A stretch of DNA of 64,000 bases. It comes from Lepidodermella squamata (lineage: Eukaryota > Animalia > Gastrotricha). Below, one piece after another: positions 1 through 14,446 of the stretch. The notes below the pieces were generated by a model. That model worked only from the letters and a program-made list of their open reading frames with translations, had not been told where the DNA came from and made no database searches. The DNA lies in the NCBI GenBank assembly GCA_047495785.1, contig JBLDXI010000054.1, positions 3,410,001 to 3,474,000 on the forward strand, given 5' to 3'. Numbering within the stretch: the first letter of the stretch is position 1; each line of letters opens with the position of its first letter. The translations under genes were made by a program, and so were the position numbers.

Positions 1-2100
1 AATTTTATCGCTAAAATCCGGCGCCATGCGATTGACAGGCATGCTGTATTGCCGACAGCAACCATCATTCCAAGCGCGTATATCCGGTGTGACCATTGTT
101 TGACCTCTTTCCGGCTGGTTTGATTTGAGCGATTTTCGGAATAAATTAATCACTTTGATTGCAACGCTCATGTTAATTAGTTTCCGCTTCATCTTGTGTT
201 ATATTCGCGAGTTGAGGACGCGAACAGCCGCTAGCGATTGCAACTGGCGCCGCCGCTAAATCTGAACTAATGATGATGTCGACGATGATAAACACAGCGG
301 CAGATGCATCACTGGTAATACCCTAAAAGTGAGCGTTATATTGCGAATAATTGTCAACATACGCGCGTCGTCAAAGCCAACGGCTTCGCTTAAAGATAGC
401 AGATGTGGCTCATCATCCGGCCAATATTCGTATTTCGCGCCCTTTGCCGGTGCGCCTGGAACGCGCTCGTTACGGCGCGTTACATGGACGCGTGCGCTCG
501 TTACGAAATTATCCTCACACAGTTCGTCCTCAAACCGATGGCCTGGGCATCTATATTGCTCATAAGCTGGGCATCGCTAACGGGGTCATGACCAGCGTTG
601 GTGCTACTTTGGCTACGTAACGCTCGCAAAACCGACGCTTCTGGCTGCGCGGCTAAACAACTGGCCGCACACCTTCGTTGCCGTCAAGTAATAAATAATA
701 CACATGGGACTCATCCTCCACCACCACCGTTGCAGCGCTCAATAAATAATTATCAAGAGCCGCAGCGTCGTTCCTGTGTGGACCTGATGACATAACGCTA
801 TAACCGACTCTGCGCTGCCAATATTTACTGTTCCCCTCACCCTGCTGCTCAGGTATCGGCGCTTCCATGAGACGTAGTAGGTACTCCTTATTGCTCGCAA
901 CTTGAAATTCTCAAGTTGTCGATTCAGTTACGCGCTTGACACCCCCGAGTAAACAGCAGCATACCGTTAAACTGGTACGGAAACTATTTCTAGGTTGAGG
1001 CGAAGATTTATAGTCCATGGAAAGCGCTTAGGTGCTCACAATTTTGAATTACAATGTAAATAGTCGTGAGCTGGAATTTCTTGAATGTTCAAGGACTATT
1101 GCAAAATTTGTTCAAGTTGCAATTAAAAATTGGTTGTCGAAACCGGGCATTTACTCATTCGGAGCGATTGTTCAAAGTCAAATTTACGCCATTATTCACC
1201 CTTCATTTTTGCGATAGCACTCACAAGCATTATTCACGATGTTCAGGTTTCGGTTTCCACGACTTTTCTCGCGAACTTGATGTCATCGAAAAATTTGATT
1301 TGATTTGAATTAAGGGCTTAAATCTAAATCAGAGATAATCTATGCTCTGTAAGTCATATATGTTATATGGTGGAAGAATTATAAGAAATTATCTTCATTA
1401 TTGATACTGCTATCATACCTAAATTTTAATACTATTATCCAAGTGCATGTAAATTACATGTAAATTCTTCTAACCTAGACTGTTGTCGGTGGTTGTTCAT
1501 ATCGGATGTGCTCTAAACCGGACGTTTTTGCCTGGGGGGCCATCCTGGTCCGGTTTACACACCTTTCATATACTGTACGTTGCGCTAATTGAGATGCCGC
1601 AAAAGGATTCTTGCAACAAAAACAACACGTAAATCCGTGCGAAGGTGGAATATGACACTGAGCCAATTTCACGTTGAGCATGGAATTAGCCAACGCTCAT
1701 GAAAGAAGGCTGAATATGCGCCAGTAATTAAGTGACGTGAATTCACGCATTACTTGCTGATGATGACATTTTACACGATAACGCTACTAAAATAACTAAG
1801 ATTCATTTTCAAGTGGAGGGGTAAAAATGTTTTTTCTTATAACTCTGGTTTTTATATAATTAAGACATCATTGAAATTGAAGTAATTTTTGGATATAACG
1901 GACAGAATCTTCGATTAGGTTTATTAAAATTCGAAAAATGAGCTCGAAATAAATCTGAAAAATCACCCCAACAAGACAGCTCACTGTAAACCCAAAAATA
2001 TATGTTTATTTTTTGATAAAAATCGAATCGAAAATCACAAATGAAAAATCAAAAAGAACTTGGAATAGAAAGCACTTGAGCGTCATCGCAACTTGGCACG

Positions 2101-3679
2101 CTAGTGACCATCTTCATCATCAGAAGAGAGAGTAATAATTTCAGGTTCAGATTTGGCTTTTCGAGCAAGCGAAGTGGCAGCGACAATTCTGCCTTTGACT
2201 ATTTTCTTCGGAACAATTTCCGCGGTAGCAACGTTATCGTCGATAGTAAAATCGAAGTTCGAACTTGAATCATCTACAGCCCCATCCACCGGCTGAGAGC
2301 AATCGGGCTTGGTATCCATATGGCTGCGCTTTCTAGGGAAATATTTCGTAGTTTCACTATCGAGCTGAGATGCTGAGTTTACGCTGGGTGGTGGAGCTAA
2401 TGCCGTTTCAACGCATTGCATTAAAAGCAATCTCGCCTGAAAGAATTCGAAAATTAAAAAAAAATAAAGTTACATCGGTAATTTACCTTTTCCAACGAGG
2501 AATTTCGTGGTGCAACTGTTGGCACGATTCGCGAAGGTCGCAAAAGACTGACAATGCCTTTTAGTTCGTTGAAGCTGGAATGAGCTGAAAAGCACAAATG
2601 ATGAATTTTGTACTTCATTCCTATCGCGGGAACATCGTCCTGATAAAAAATCTGATCGACCCCAATTTTATCGTCCGTGAAATGCATCGCCGAGCAGCGA
2701 ATGATAGCTAAACGTTCATCGGCCGGGTTTTTCGGCAGTCCATCGCTACACCATGAATTTGAATTAGACGAGACCATCAGGCTGGTAGTATCACAGCACG
2801 CATGAACTGGAAGACCTCGGCCTGAATCTGTTACGATACTGGAGACTTCGGGAACTGCCAAATAGCGGTCAAAATTTCTCTTGTGGACATGTATTTTCCA
2901 ACGACGATCAAGAGCTTCGAAGCAACATTTTAACAAAGGTTCGTGACCGATGTTTGCCGCGACAGATAGCAAGATTTGATTCCCAGAACGTTCCATGACG
3001 AACCTTCGGACAAAATCGGCTAGGACCTTGCATGAAAGACTGGTAGGCGGAATATACGCTGTTGCTTCCGAGCAGAATGTTGTATCGATACATAATACAT
3101 CAATCGGTTTTATTTCTCCGTTATTATATAGGTGCGGCATTTCGTCTATACTCATGTCGAACGCTGATAACCGTATATCACCCGTGTAAAGCAATCGTTT
3201 GACAGTTCCTTCGACTTCTCTTTCAAATAAGAACATCACGGAACCAATGCAATGTTCGGCATTATAAAGCGTGACGTAAATTTGATAATGTTCCATGCCA
3301 TCATTTACGGGCACAGATATCAAGGTAGGCTGTCCTAAATTCAATCCCTCCTAGTATAGCAAATTATTGTTCACAATATTCATAACCTAGAAATACTGCT
3401 TACGCAAAATGGCTCTAAATGCTTGAATGTGTCGCGATTGTCCCGACTTTTCTCGCGAAGCATCATAAGCTTGGTTACGTTAGACATATATAACTTCTTG
3501 AAAGGTTTTCCCTTCATACATTCGAAAAATTTCGGAGTATGAAGTCCAACCATGTGGTCGGAATGTAGATGTGATAGGAAGAATAGCGACGAATTCAAAT
3601 TGACTCCGGCGAAATGATCGACAGAAATTGAGTTAAGCCATTCGGCATAACTCGCAAGTGGACCAGGAAAGCAACTCAT
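2101..3679 (-). CDS. DCLRE1C: Artemis DNA cross-link repair / NHEJ nuclease (metallo-beta-lactamase + beta-CASP), 3 coding exons
   Basis: N-terminus MSCFPGPLASY..ISVDHF..FFLSHLHSDHMVGL, plus YNAEHCIGSVMFLFE, LLYTGDIR, IDTTFC and CFSAHSSFNE, matching Artemis motifs. In-frame GT-AG introns at 3351-3403 and 2437-2486. Confidence 0.9.
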
Positions 3680-4639
3680 TTAACAACCTGGAAAATAAAA
3701 GGAATTTAACATCCAGAACATTAGCATCCATGTATGCCCAATCTGATATTCGACCTCACCACAGGGTAGCGAAAGAAGTATCGGTCATGATAGCATGGAA
3801 CAGCGATGAAATTTGACAGAAAGTACAAATTACCAACGCAAAATAAAAAAATCAGAAGTGCATTGCCATATTAGGAACACAGGAGAAGGACCATTCAACT
3901 TATTGCGGATGGATGAATTTGCAAGCTCAGTCGCAAGCGCCTTCGTTTGCTATACTGCAAAACTAAAAATCACAATATACATATTTTATGATTTATGAGA
4001 CACTGGCCAATAATTTTCAAGTCCTGCCATATATTTAGGTTCTGTCCATCATTTTTCGAGCCTAATCAGTCAATCACAGCACTCAGCAACAACTAGGTTA
4101 TTGTTACTCTTAACGACAATTCTTCATTACTATCGCCATCTCGATGCGTGAAGTATTTGCTCGAGTTTATTAGGGAGGATTAGAGCACTTACTTCGGAGC
4201 AATTGCCCATCATATCAAACTTCTCTAGGCTAGGGCTTGAACTATACTGGTAGCTGAAATTCGGTAACTAGATGCGGATATTGATTCCGATCACCCCGGT
4301 TGCGCAAATTTCGCAATCATTCCTATTTTCTAGCACTTCCATGACAGCTCGGCATTTTTAGTATTATCCCGAAGCTCTAGAGGACTAGAAAACCATGGAG
4401 GAATAGAAGGTGCGCGATGTGTGCATTCGAAATCGCTTACTACCTGGAGCTGTTACTTCTGCAGTTGAAGTAACTCCTCTTAGAGTATGTCATCTGGGAG
4501 TATCTCCTCCGCGAGCAAATTCCTCCGGGAGCAGCTCCTCTGAGACTAATTAAAATAAAGAGGCATCTTCCGTAAGAATAGTGGCCTTCTCCCTTCTCCT
4601 CCGAGAGGTGTCCAATCATAGAGCAGCTCCTATATGCAC

Positions 4640-5900
4640 TATATACAATACAATACAATGCATTGTTTTATACATGTTTTATTGCTATTAACCCAGTTGA
4701 ATTTATTATTGACTAACTAGTAGTAAATCAGTTATCATATCATATCAATTCAGAGAAGACGATAACAGCATGGGGCGCAAGGAGACTAGCTACTGACGTG
4801 CACCCAGGAAGAAAGATATTACATCTAATTTATAGCGAGCATCTCGCACAAGCGAAATTATACAGAGTTGCCATATGTTTGACTAAGATAACGTTATGAT
4901 TATCAAGCATCATTTTATATAGATTCAAGTCATGGATGCTTTTGAGGTAAAGAGGCAAGGAATTCCATATCGTAACTATTCTACAGCTGAAGAAAGATTT
5001 TCTAACAGCAGTAACAGTTTCGGGGCTATCACGAATGCAAATTGTCCATCGATAGACACTAGTTGTGGCTAAGGAAAACCGTAAAGAAAGGCGTTTAAAG
5101 AAAATACGTATCATTTTTACGCTAGCTGGGTCGTTAGTAAGAATTCTGAGAGCATCGTGACTGATTTCCGGAACATAAGTATGGTTAGATGTTAGGTGAT
5201 GGGTGGCTTGCCGCTAATCGAAAATTAACAGTTATATTACATAAAATACATACTGCATAATTAATTCGTTGAATTCTCGCTCATGAAAAATACTATTGGT
5301 AAGAAGCTGTGGATTTGAGATCGCACTGGGTAGAGCCGATAAGGTTTTGCAAAATCAAAACAAGACGAAGTAGCTCGTCGCTAGTCGCTAGAGCATATAG
5401 GTAATAGATAATTTTGTTTCAAAGCAGTCTTGCACGCATTGCTCTACTCTATTTAGTCTTGGAGCTCGGAGAAGCAAATAATGAAGCGGTTTGCTGCTAT
5501 AATCGTTAATAATCGGATCCACGCCAAGTTTTGGATGAGGTCACACGGAACGGCGGCATGGATTTTTCAAATTTTAGCGGGTAAGCTTTTTCACATTTAT
5601 ATAACTATATGACATTATAAAAACTTTTATACATTTTTTGTTGCTTTCATACACGCCAGGAAAGAGAAATTTAAAATTTAAAAAGGGTTGCAAAGTGCAC
5701 CCGCTCAGCTGAGTCCAAGCTGAGTCGGTTGATGCGATTGATGCGACTGTCTGGAAGGGTTGAAAGCGATGAGGTAGAAGCGATTAGTGGTAAGCGGAGG
5801 GATATTGCCGATTTGTTTATTAAAGAGATCACCTGCGATTTTTTGCTGCTTTTCCCCTTGTCTTGAGGGATCCGTCTCTTGAAGTTACCTAGTAACCAAG
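4640..5900 (-). mobile_element. Decayed, 5'-truncated CR1/L2-type non-LTR retrotransposon remnant
   Basis: ORF 4830-5114 contains RKSFFSCRIVTIWNSLP, the typical C-terminal motif of CR1/L2-clade ORF2. There is a degenerate FDFAK RT-like motif near 5345-5360. On the minus strand, AATAAA (~4678-4683) is followed by a (TTGTA)3 tail (~4644-4658). The 5' boundary is approximate. Confidence 0.6.
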
Positions 5901-6062
5901 TATTCCGAAAAATAGGTGTTCAGTGTTGAATGTTGAATCTAATGCGAGATGTGAGATATGTTACCTTAAACGAGACCATTCATCAGCTATTATGTTTTAT
6001 GTTTATCTAGATTCTTATGTGAAATTCGTGTATTGCATCTTGTTTTACTTTGATCCATATAT

Positions 6063-7506
6063 ATGGGCGTGTTCGGAATACTTTTCGATATCGATGGTGT
6101 TCTCATGCGCGGGAAGCAAGTTCTCCCTTCTGCAAAGCAAGCACTGTATCGGCTGATAGACAAGAAGAAAAACTGGCGGGTTCCATGCGTCTTTGTGACT
6201 AATTCAGGCAATTCTCTCAGAAGACACAAAGCGGAGCAGCTGTCGGCACTATTTGATTTGACTGTATGTTTGTTCAAGTCTGCCTATAAGCTATTTTTCT
6301 TAAATTTGCTGCCCTTAGGTTCACGAAGACCAAGTAGTATTGTCCCACTCTCCGTTACGAATGCTTTCCAGTAAATTCAAGTCTAAAAATGTCCTCGTTA
6401 CCGGTCAAAGCAGACACATTCGCGAAATAGCTGAAAATTTGGGTTTCAATAAATGTGTTACCGTTGACGAGATCGCCGCTAAGCTGCCTCACCTCGATAT
6501 GATCGATGTTTACAAGCGCCTGGACACTTCAACAGTGAATATTTTGTTTTAATTATTCATATTTGGTTAATAATTCGTGTTTAGTCGGCTAGCTCAACCG
6601 CCCAAAGTCAGCATCATCACCACAAAACTTCCTTGGTTGACCGGGTGGAAGCTATTATTCTACTTGGGGAACCCATCGCATGGGAACGTACTCTTCAGAT
6701 ACTTATGGACTGCCTCTTAACTGACGGCTACTTTGGAGATCAAGTTTATCGAGTCCCCTACCCTCACTTGCCTATTATGGCTTGTAATAAAGATTTGGTA
6801 TGGATGTCGGACGCAATAAATCCTCGCTTTGCGCACGGCTCATTTCTAGTTTGTCTGGAAGCGTTGTATAAGGTAAATCATATTTTGCAAAATTCCATTA
6901 ATATAATGTTTGCGAAAATTACAGCGCTACACCAATAGAGACCTTCGATACACCAGTGTGGTGGGAAAACCCAGTGAAATCACATACTATTATGCAGATT
7001 ATGCGATCAACAAATTTGCCAAAAGGATTGGATGGCCTGTTCCTGTTCGGAAACTCTACGCAATTGGGTAATTCACTGTAATGACTTGAATTATTTATCT
7101 AAATGACATCGTTTATTTACTTAGAGACAACCCAGAGTCAGATATTTGTGGAGCGAATCTTTATAATCGCCACTTACAGTCTCGTCACCACAAAGCTCAA
7201 AAAATTCAGCACGTGTTAACTAGTGGTGGAACTGTTGAAGCTGTTCCCGTAGACCATTCTTCTTCTCAAACCGAATCAACTGAACGAAACCATGATGAAA
7301 CCGAACATCTAGCTCTGAATGACTTCGCGGCGTCTTGCACTCCTATTCTTGTAGAAACTGGCGTCTACTCTAATCGGTCGTTTCTATTCCAGGAAGGCGC
7401 TTCGCTATTCGACCAAGAGCTCATAAAACCGGCATTCACCTCTAGCAATGTAGCCGAGGCGCTTGACTTGATATTCAAGCAAGAAGGCTACGAACCCGAC
7501 CTATGA
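6063..7506 (+). CDS. HDHD5: HAD-superfamily class IIA hydrolase HDHD5/CECR5, 5 exons
   Basis: FGILFDIDGVLMRG (HAD motif I), VFVTNSGN, SHSPLRM, EAIILLGEPIAWE, ACNKDLVWM, PRFAHGSFLVCLEALY, GKPSEITY, YAIGDNPESDICGAN and ILVETGVY, joined by ~50-60 bp introns. AATAAA at 7515-7520. Confidence 0.92.
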
Positions 7507-8529
7507 TAAATTTAAATAAATACAGTCGATAGAAAATGCCAATTGCAGCATTACGAATGAATGAATTATTGAGGAAGAACCGTTCTTTCTCTAGCTGTTT
7601 TTCCTCGAACTCTCATAAGCTCTTTCGTGTATTACTGTTTCTGTTGTTTGTTTGCGACGAACAATTGGTAGCACGCTAGAAGGTCTCATGCTCGCTGTAT
7701 CCGGTGACACATGGCGGGGCAGTGGGCTCTAGCCTTCCTGACGATGGAAACTTGTTGTAGATAGAAATAGCGAAATAGGAGTAATTTGCCGCATCCATTG
7801 CAACCTCGGTGTTTCTTATTCGTTTCTGTTTATAATTTATATTGCTTTTCGCCTTATCGGTACTATTTTTTACTTATGACTACTAAAACCTTCGATTCCT
7901 CCACATTAGCAAAGATAGTTTCGTTTTTACACTGATGTTCTGGCGAGAGAAAATGAGTTTTATTCAAGTTCGATCACTCATACCTTAGTTTGTTTTAGTC
8001 TCTTATCGGTGCAAATCAGATTGAAGAAATTTGCCATTGAAACAAACTCGACTCATAATCGAATAGTATCTTTCCAATTGCGCGACTATATAATCAGATA
8101 AATATGTTTACAACTAATCAGGAAGCCTTTCCCTGACCTTCAATTAAAAGCTTGAAAACACGTGTATTGATGCTGGCTTGTAATTGAAAATTCTATAACC
8201 AGTCTATTTTGTAGCTGTTGACTGGCATTACGGAAAAGTTGACTAGCCTTTAAATTGCATAATAGTCGTTAATATATACAAGAAATATTGTATATGTTTC
8301 TGAGAGACCGCAAAGTGGATTTTATTTTCATGATTCGTTCTGACACCTCGAAGCTTGTGTGGATGAGACAAAACGCGTCGGCTGAAGGAATGAATCGCTC
8401 GTTCGACATTGCCTGTATTTCCTCAACAGAACTGATTTGTGCAAAAGATGAAACATGGAATAAAACATCAAGCTGTTGATCTGTGTACATTTTCTTCCAT
8501 AATGATGCCGAATTTGTTTAGGTTTTGAA

Positions 8530-9365
8530 ATGAGCGATGAAAAGCTGAACGATTACCTGGAAGAAAATCTCGAAATTATCATCGTATGATGTATACTCAG
8601 GTCATTAATCGATTAATTTAATGTTTACAGGTCGGAATTAATCCTGGGATTGCATCAATTACCCAAGGCCACCATTACGCCGGGGCGGGGAACCATTTCT
8701 GTTTGTTATTTTTGGTGTAAATAACTCGATTTGAGTTTAATTTTGGAACAGGGCCGTGCCTCTACCAGTCAGGTCTGATTACTGAGAAGTTGACAGCCAA
8801 AGAGGACGACAAAATTCGAGAATTCAGCATCGGCTTGACGAATATTTGCGACAGACCGACGAAAAGTAGTAGCGATCTGAAGCCGTACTCTAATTCTTGT
8901 AGCAATTTCCATGATAAAACTAAAAAATTTCAGAAATGAATTGCGCGAGGGTGGTGTCTTGTTGAGACAGAAGTTAGTGAAATACGCCCCGAAAATTGCG
9001 GTTTTCAATGGGAAAGGTAACTTTCATAGATTTTGAAATTCATCGCCAAACTCTTTACCCCAGTCATCTACGAATATTTTTCGGGCCGACGATCCGCTGA
9101 TATTAAATTTGGAATTCAAAAAGAAGTAATTCAAAATTGCCGCGGTGAAACAACGGTGAGATTTGAAAATGCATAGTTTCCTGTCGCATTTTTTGGACAT
9201 TTCTAGCTTCTCTTCGTAATGCCTTCCTCATCACCGCGATGCTCCAGCTTCCCTCGAGCGTCTGACAAACTTCCGTTTTACATCGAAATCAGAGAACTGC
9301 GAGATCGACTGCGACTGGAAAAAAGTGACAAACAACCTCCTAGAGTTTCGCCTTACTTTGAATAA
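8530..9365 (+). CDS. TDG: G/T mismatch-specific thymine/uracil DNA glycosylase (TDG/MUG family), 6 exons, ~196 aa; not in the ORF track
   Basis: Manual splicing of 8530-8583, 8631-8700, 8752-8884, 8934-9016, 9064-9155 and 9207-9365 is phase-consistent. It gives LNDYLEENLEIIIVGINPG..GHHYAGAGNHFWPCLYQSGL..IGLTNICDRPT..PKIAVFNGK..FVMPSSSPRC. An upstream coding exon is possible (acceptor at 8520-8521). Confidence 0.92.
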
Positions 9366-9482
9366 AACATTTTACGCTGTTTCAAGCGTCTTTCTTTGTT
9401 GTTTATTTGAAGCAAAAGCCAAAGCAATCAGCCGCAAAGCTGGCGATAACATTTTTAAGGCATTCGAAAATGGTATGAGTTC

Positions 9483-11355
9483 TTAATAATATCTCGAATT
9501 CAGCCGATTGATTTTACAACGAAGCTCATAATCTGTAAACTAGAAGTAGGTTACACCATCGTCATCCTAAAAAAACCAGATTTTCGAATTCAAATGCAAC
9601 AGTATGTGAATAAAATACCTCCTCGGGCTCGGGATTTTCCACAGGTTGATGATCCGGTTGCGTCGTGGCGTACGTTGCTCGGGGCATTTTAGCAGGAGGT
9701 GATGCGCTTTGATAGGGCCAAGCTACGACAGGTGGGCTTATCACAGCCTCAGTAGTTGAGCTGGTCGCATTGGCTGTAACGTTCATGTTGCCATACTGTG
9801 ATTCTTGATTATCGGTGTTAGTTGGATTCGCATAGCTTATCCTAATTCTCGGATAGTCTACAACTGTAGCAGCCTGAGGATATGAGTTCATGGGAATCGT
9901 CGGCGTGGGAGGAGGAACGGCCCTACGCTGTTTCAATCTGGCACATGGAATTCATTTTTTAGAATATTGGGAAAAAATCAGTTAAATTACATGGTAGATA
10001 TCAAATAGAGACCGATAAGAACTAGCAGGATGGCAGCGATTACGGCGCTAACGATAATCGCGGCTAATACGCCCTCATCTAGGTCAGAAGATGATGATTT
10101 TTCAGCTGGAACTTTGACAGAAACCTCCCCGAAAACCAGCTTCAGACCAGGGTCATTCTTGACGATATCTGCTACCTGACGCTCGATGTCTTCATTTTTG
10201 ACATTTTTATCCACTGTAACTGTATATACAGCAATTATCCCGAATTGTTCAACTCGTATCATCGAGAACTCCAATCTCTGACCTTGCCTGAAAAACATCA
10301 AGGTTTCAATTGTCTTAAACGATTTCGCAAAAATATACCGAAAAGAGGTGATCTTGATCTCCGCGAAGAAAAAGTCGGTTTTTTGGTAAATATTTTCCAG
10401 CTGAGTTAGAAAAGCATTTGATAGAACGGCGCTTATTTTAATAAAATTTGTTAATACCTCTCTCGAAAATATCTCAGCTGCATCTTTGTAAAATTGAGAT
10501 GACGAGTTTTTAAGATCAGTACTCCAGTACTTGATTTCATTGCCGATTTTGACATATTGCGCTGACATCTCGCAAAAAACTGAATGAAGAACAAATATTG
10601 GCAAATATTCAAATGAGAAGGAAAGTACTTTGTTTAGTTTCAGCTGGAGAAATTGGCGTCACTTTTGTCGTTACAGGTTGCGTTGACCAATATTCAGTTG
10701 AGGTCGTAGGCATATTCGTCGAAGATTCTGTCGAAGCTGGTTCAGTCGTTTGCGATAATGTCGTGTCGCTGATAGGATTTAAAGTCGTTGTTGTTTGTAA
10801 AGAGGAAATCGGTTCAGTTGTAGTTGATGCAATATCATCGCCGATTGTTGTTGTTGCATTGACATTCTCGATGGTTGTAGTACCAAGATCTGCCAACTGT
10901 GTAGTTGGGACTGATGAAGTTTGCCCTTCGGTCGTTGTTGGCTCTTCTGTATCAGAACCCCATGTTGTCGGGGGGTCAGTAATATCCAGTGCTGTAGTTG
11001 TGGTGTCGACTCCCTGAGTGGTTGAGGTAGCTGGTTCTAGCGTAGTCGAAGTAATTTCTTCTACAACCGTGGTTGTATCTGCTTCGATAGCAATTTGCGT
11101 CGTAGTTGGAGGTGCAGTTGTTGATTGTAGCGTAGTAGAAGTAATGTCTTCTAAAACCGTGGTTGTGTCAATTTCGATAGCATTCTGCGTCGTAGTTGGA
11201 GGTGCAGTAGAAGAATCTTCGGCTTCAAAAGACAAAACAATTTTGATAAGAGCACAACATATCAAGGCTAATGTTTATGTGAATGAATGAATGAGCATAC
11301 CTGAACAGCAATGGCTGTAAACTACGAACAAGATGAGCAAATAATTCAACTTCAT
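9483..11355 (-). CDS. Type I membrane mucin-like protein: signal peptide, Thr/Ser-rich region, SEA domain, TM helix, Tyr/Pro-rich tail
   Basis: Signal-like MKLNYLLILFVVYSHCCS at 11355, a Thr-rich exon (ORF 10609-11265), SEA-like WSTDLKNSSSQFYKDAAEIF..LENIY..IKITSFR, and TM GVLAAIIVSAVIAAILLVLIGLYLI. The last exon ends with TAA at 9483-9485. Confidence 0.75.
11038..11208. repeat. 90-bp-period tandem duplication (2 copies) in the mucin Thr-rich exon
   Basis: 11038-11118 and 11128-11208 are near-identical. They encode TAPPTTTQNAIEIDTTTVLEDITSTTL and TAPPTTTQIAIEADTTTVVEEITSTTL. Confidence 0.9.
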
Positions 11356-12811
11356 TGGATTATTTCGTATTAATGATTTAAGTTTAGAGCTCAACGCCAA
11401 ATTGGCACCTGGGTATTGGTACTCAGATTAAATTTTTCCGCCTATTTTTATACAAAAGTGTTAACTGATTGCTATTTCAGGTATGTGATTATCTTTATTG
11501 GAACCTATTTTGAATATCGCTGGGCGTAATAATAGGCGAAATTATCGGAAACCGCTCTCGGTGTACAGCGGCATTTTTTGTTGATAAAAAAAAGTTCGCC
11601 ACTCACACATTGCCTATGGCCTCTGAGTTCTAGCCAGCGTTGTGATAGCCGGGTATTTCATTTGACGGTGCAGATTGTTATTTATCAAGCGTTGCATCAT
11701 TTTTTATAGTTTATAGTTCTGAATATTTTAGATAAATTGCTTCTGAGTGTAACCTGCCCACTCGTTGCCCACACTTTCAGACGCTGTAAAACGCGGGCGA
11801 TAAAATACCGGAAAAGTGCAACCTTTTCCAGCTCATGAAAGTGGTCGCTAAAAACACAGCCTAGTGCTTCAATTGCTACCTCGGTATTTTAGTCTCGATT
11901 TACTGCTTCATTCAGCCTATCAGAAAAACATAATTATTAGCGTCTGCAGAACATTGCGGGGAACGCTCTGGAAAATTTGCGCCGCTAAAACCAGCACTTT
12001 TTTCTGATTTTGTGAGATTTCGAATATTTCTCAACTTAATCGATAATCGATAATGTTGGTCCTAACCTAAGACACCAGGATTCATTACTCGAGCTACCGG
12101 GTAACCTCAGATATCTGTATAACGTTGAAAAAAATATCGAGAAAATCCCTGATTGGCAAAAGCAATATTGCCTCTGTAGAATGAAGTATTACATACTCTC
12201 AAACTGATAGGGCAAATTACGCAAAGTACGAGATCTATCGGCAATCGGTTAGGCCTGATTTAAAAATAATTAAAGGAAAAATTACCTCGAAATAACTCAT
12301 TATTTCCGGGAGGTCAAGGGCTGGAGACTCACATTTAGCGTTGAATTTAGGGTGCGGTGCGTAACCGAAGTTAGGTAATATTTAATATTAGCTTTTGGAA
12401 TTCAAGTATTGTTATCGGTTATCGCCATATTCTGGTTTTCACTTCATCTTGAATGCCTGTAAAAGCGAAATCGGCAAACTTCATTTAAAATGAAAACAAT
12501 TCGGTGTATTTTTTCTAGTTTTATTTTGCGAATGTAGTAAAGCATATAAGTATACATATACGGTGTTGGGCTTTTTGAAACCAAAATCAGTAAGAAAGTG
12601 TTGGCGCGACTATCAACGGAATAAAAGATGATAACACAGTCTCACACTCACGCTTTAACGGGCTATTTTTCGAGGCACGGAGCAAGGCAGCCGCTTCTCA
12701 TCAAATCACAGACTAACATAATGGAACAGAGCAACAGTCTTTTGACACAGTTCTGACTTTTGAGCGATAAAAATGAATCTGATCTGACTGACTGGTTGAT
12801 GCGCGAAAGGA

Positions 12812-14350
<1,539 letters not shown>

Positions 14351-14446
14351 TCAGGTAGTAATAACAAATTTAATAAGCAGATCTAGAATGGAAAATCGCA
14401 GAAGTTTAACAAAATACTTTAAAAATGTGACTAGATCTTTAAAAGG

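Noticed and set aside
1-1310. Several 60-90 aa ORFs on both strands
   Set aside because: No recognisable motif and no consistent splice chain. Probably regulatory or UTR sequence of a gene outside the window.
1515-1580. Hairpin TAAACCGGAC...GTCCGGTTTA followed by ACTGTA
   Set aside because: Resembles a Tc1/pogo MITE end, but there is no matching opposite terminus or TSD, and it is too short to call.
10598-11290. Val-rich plus-strand ORFs that look like membrane proteins
   Set aside because: Antisense shadow of the ACN-rich Thr codons of the mucin exon.
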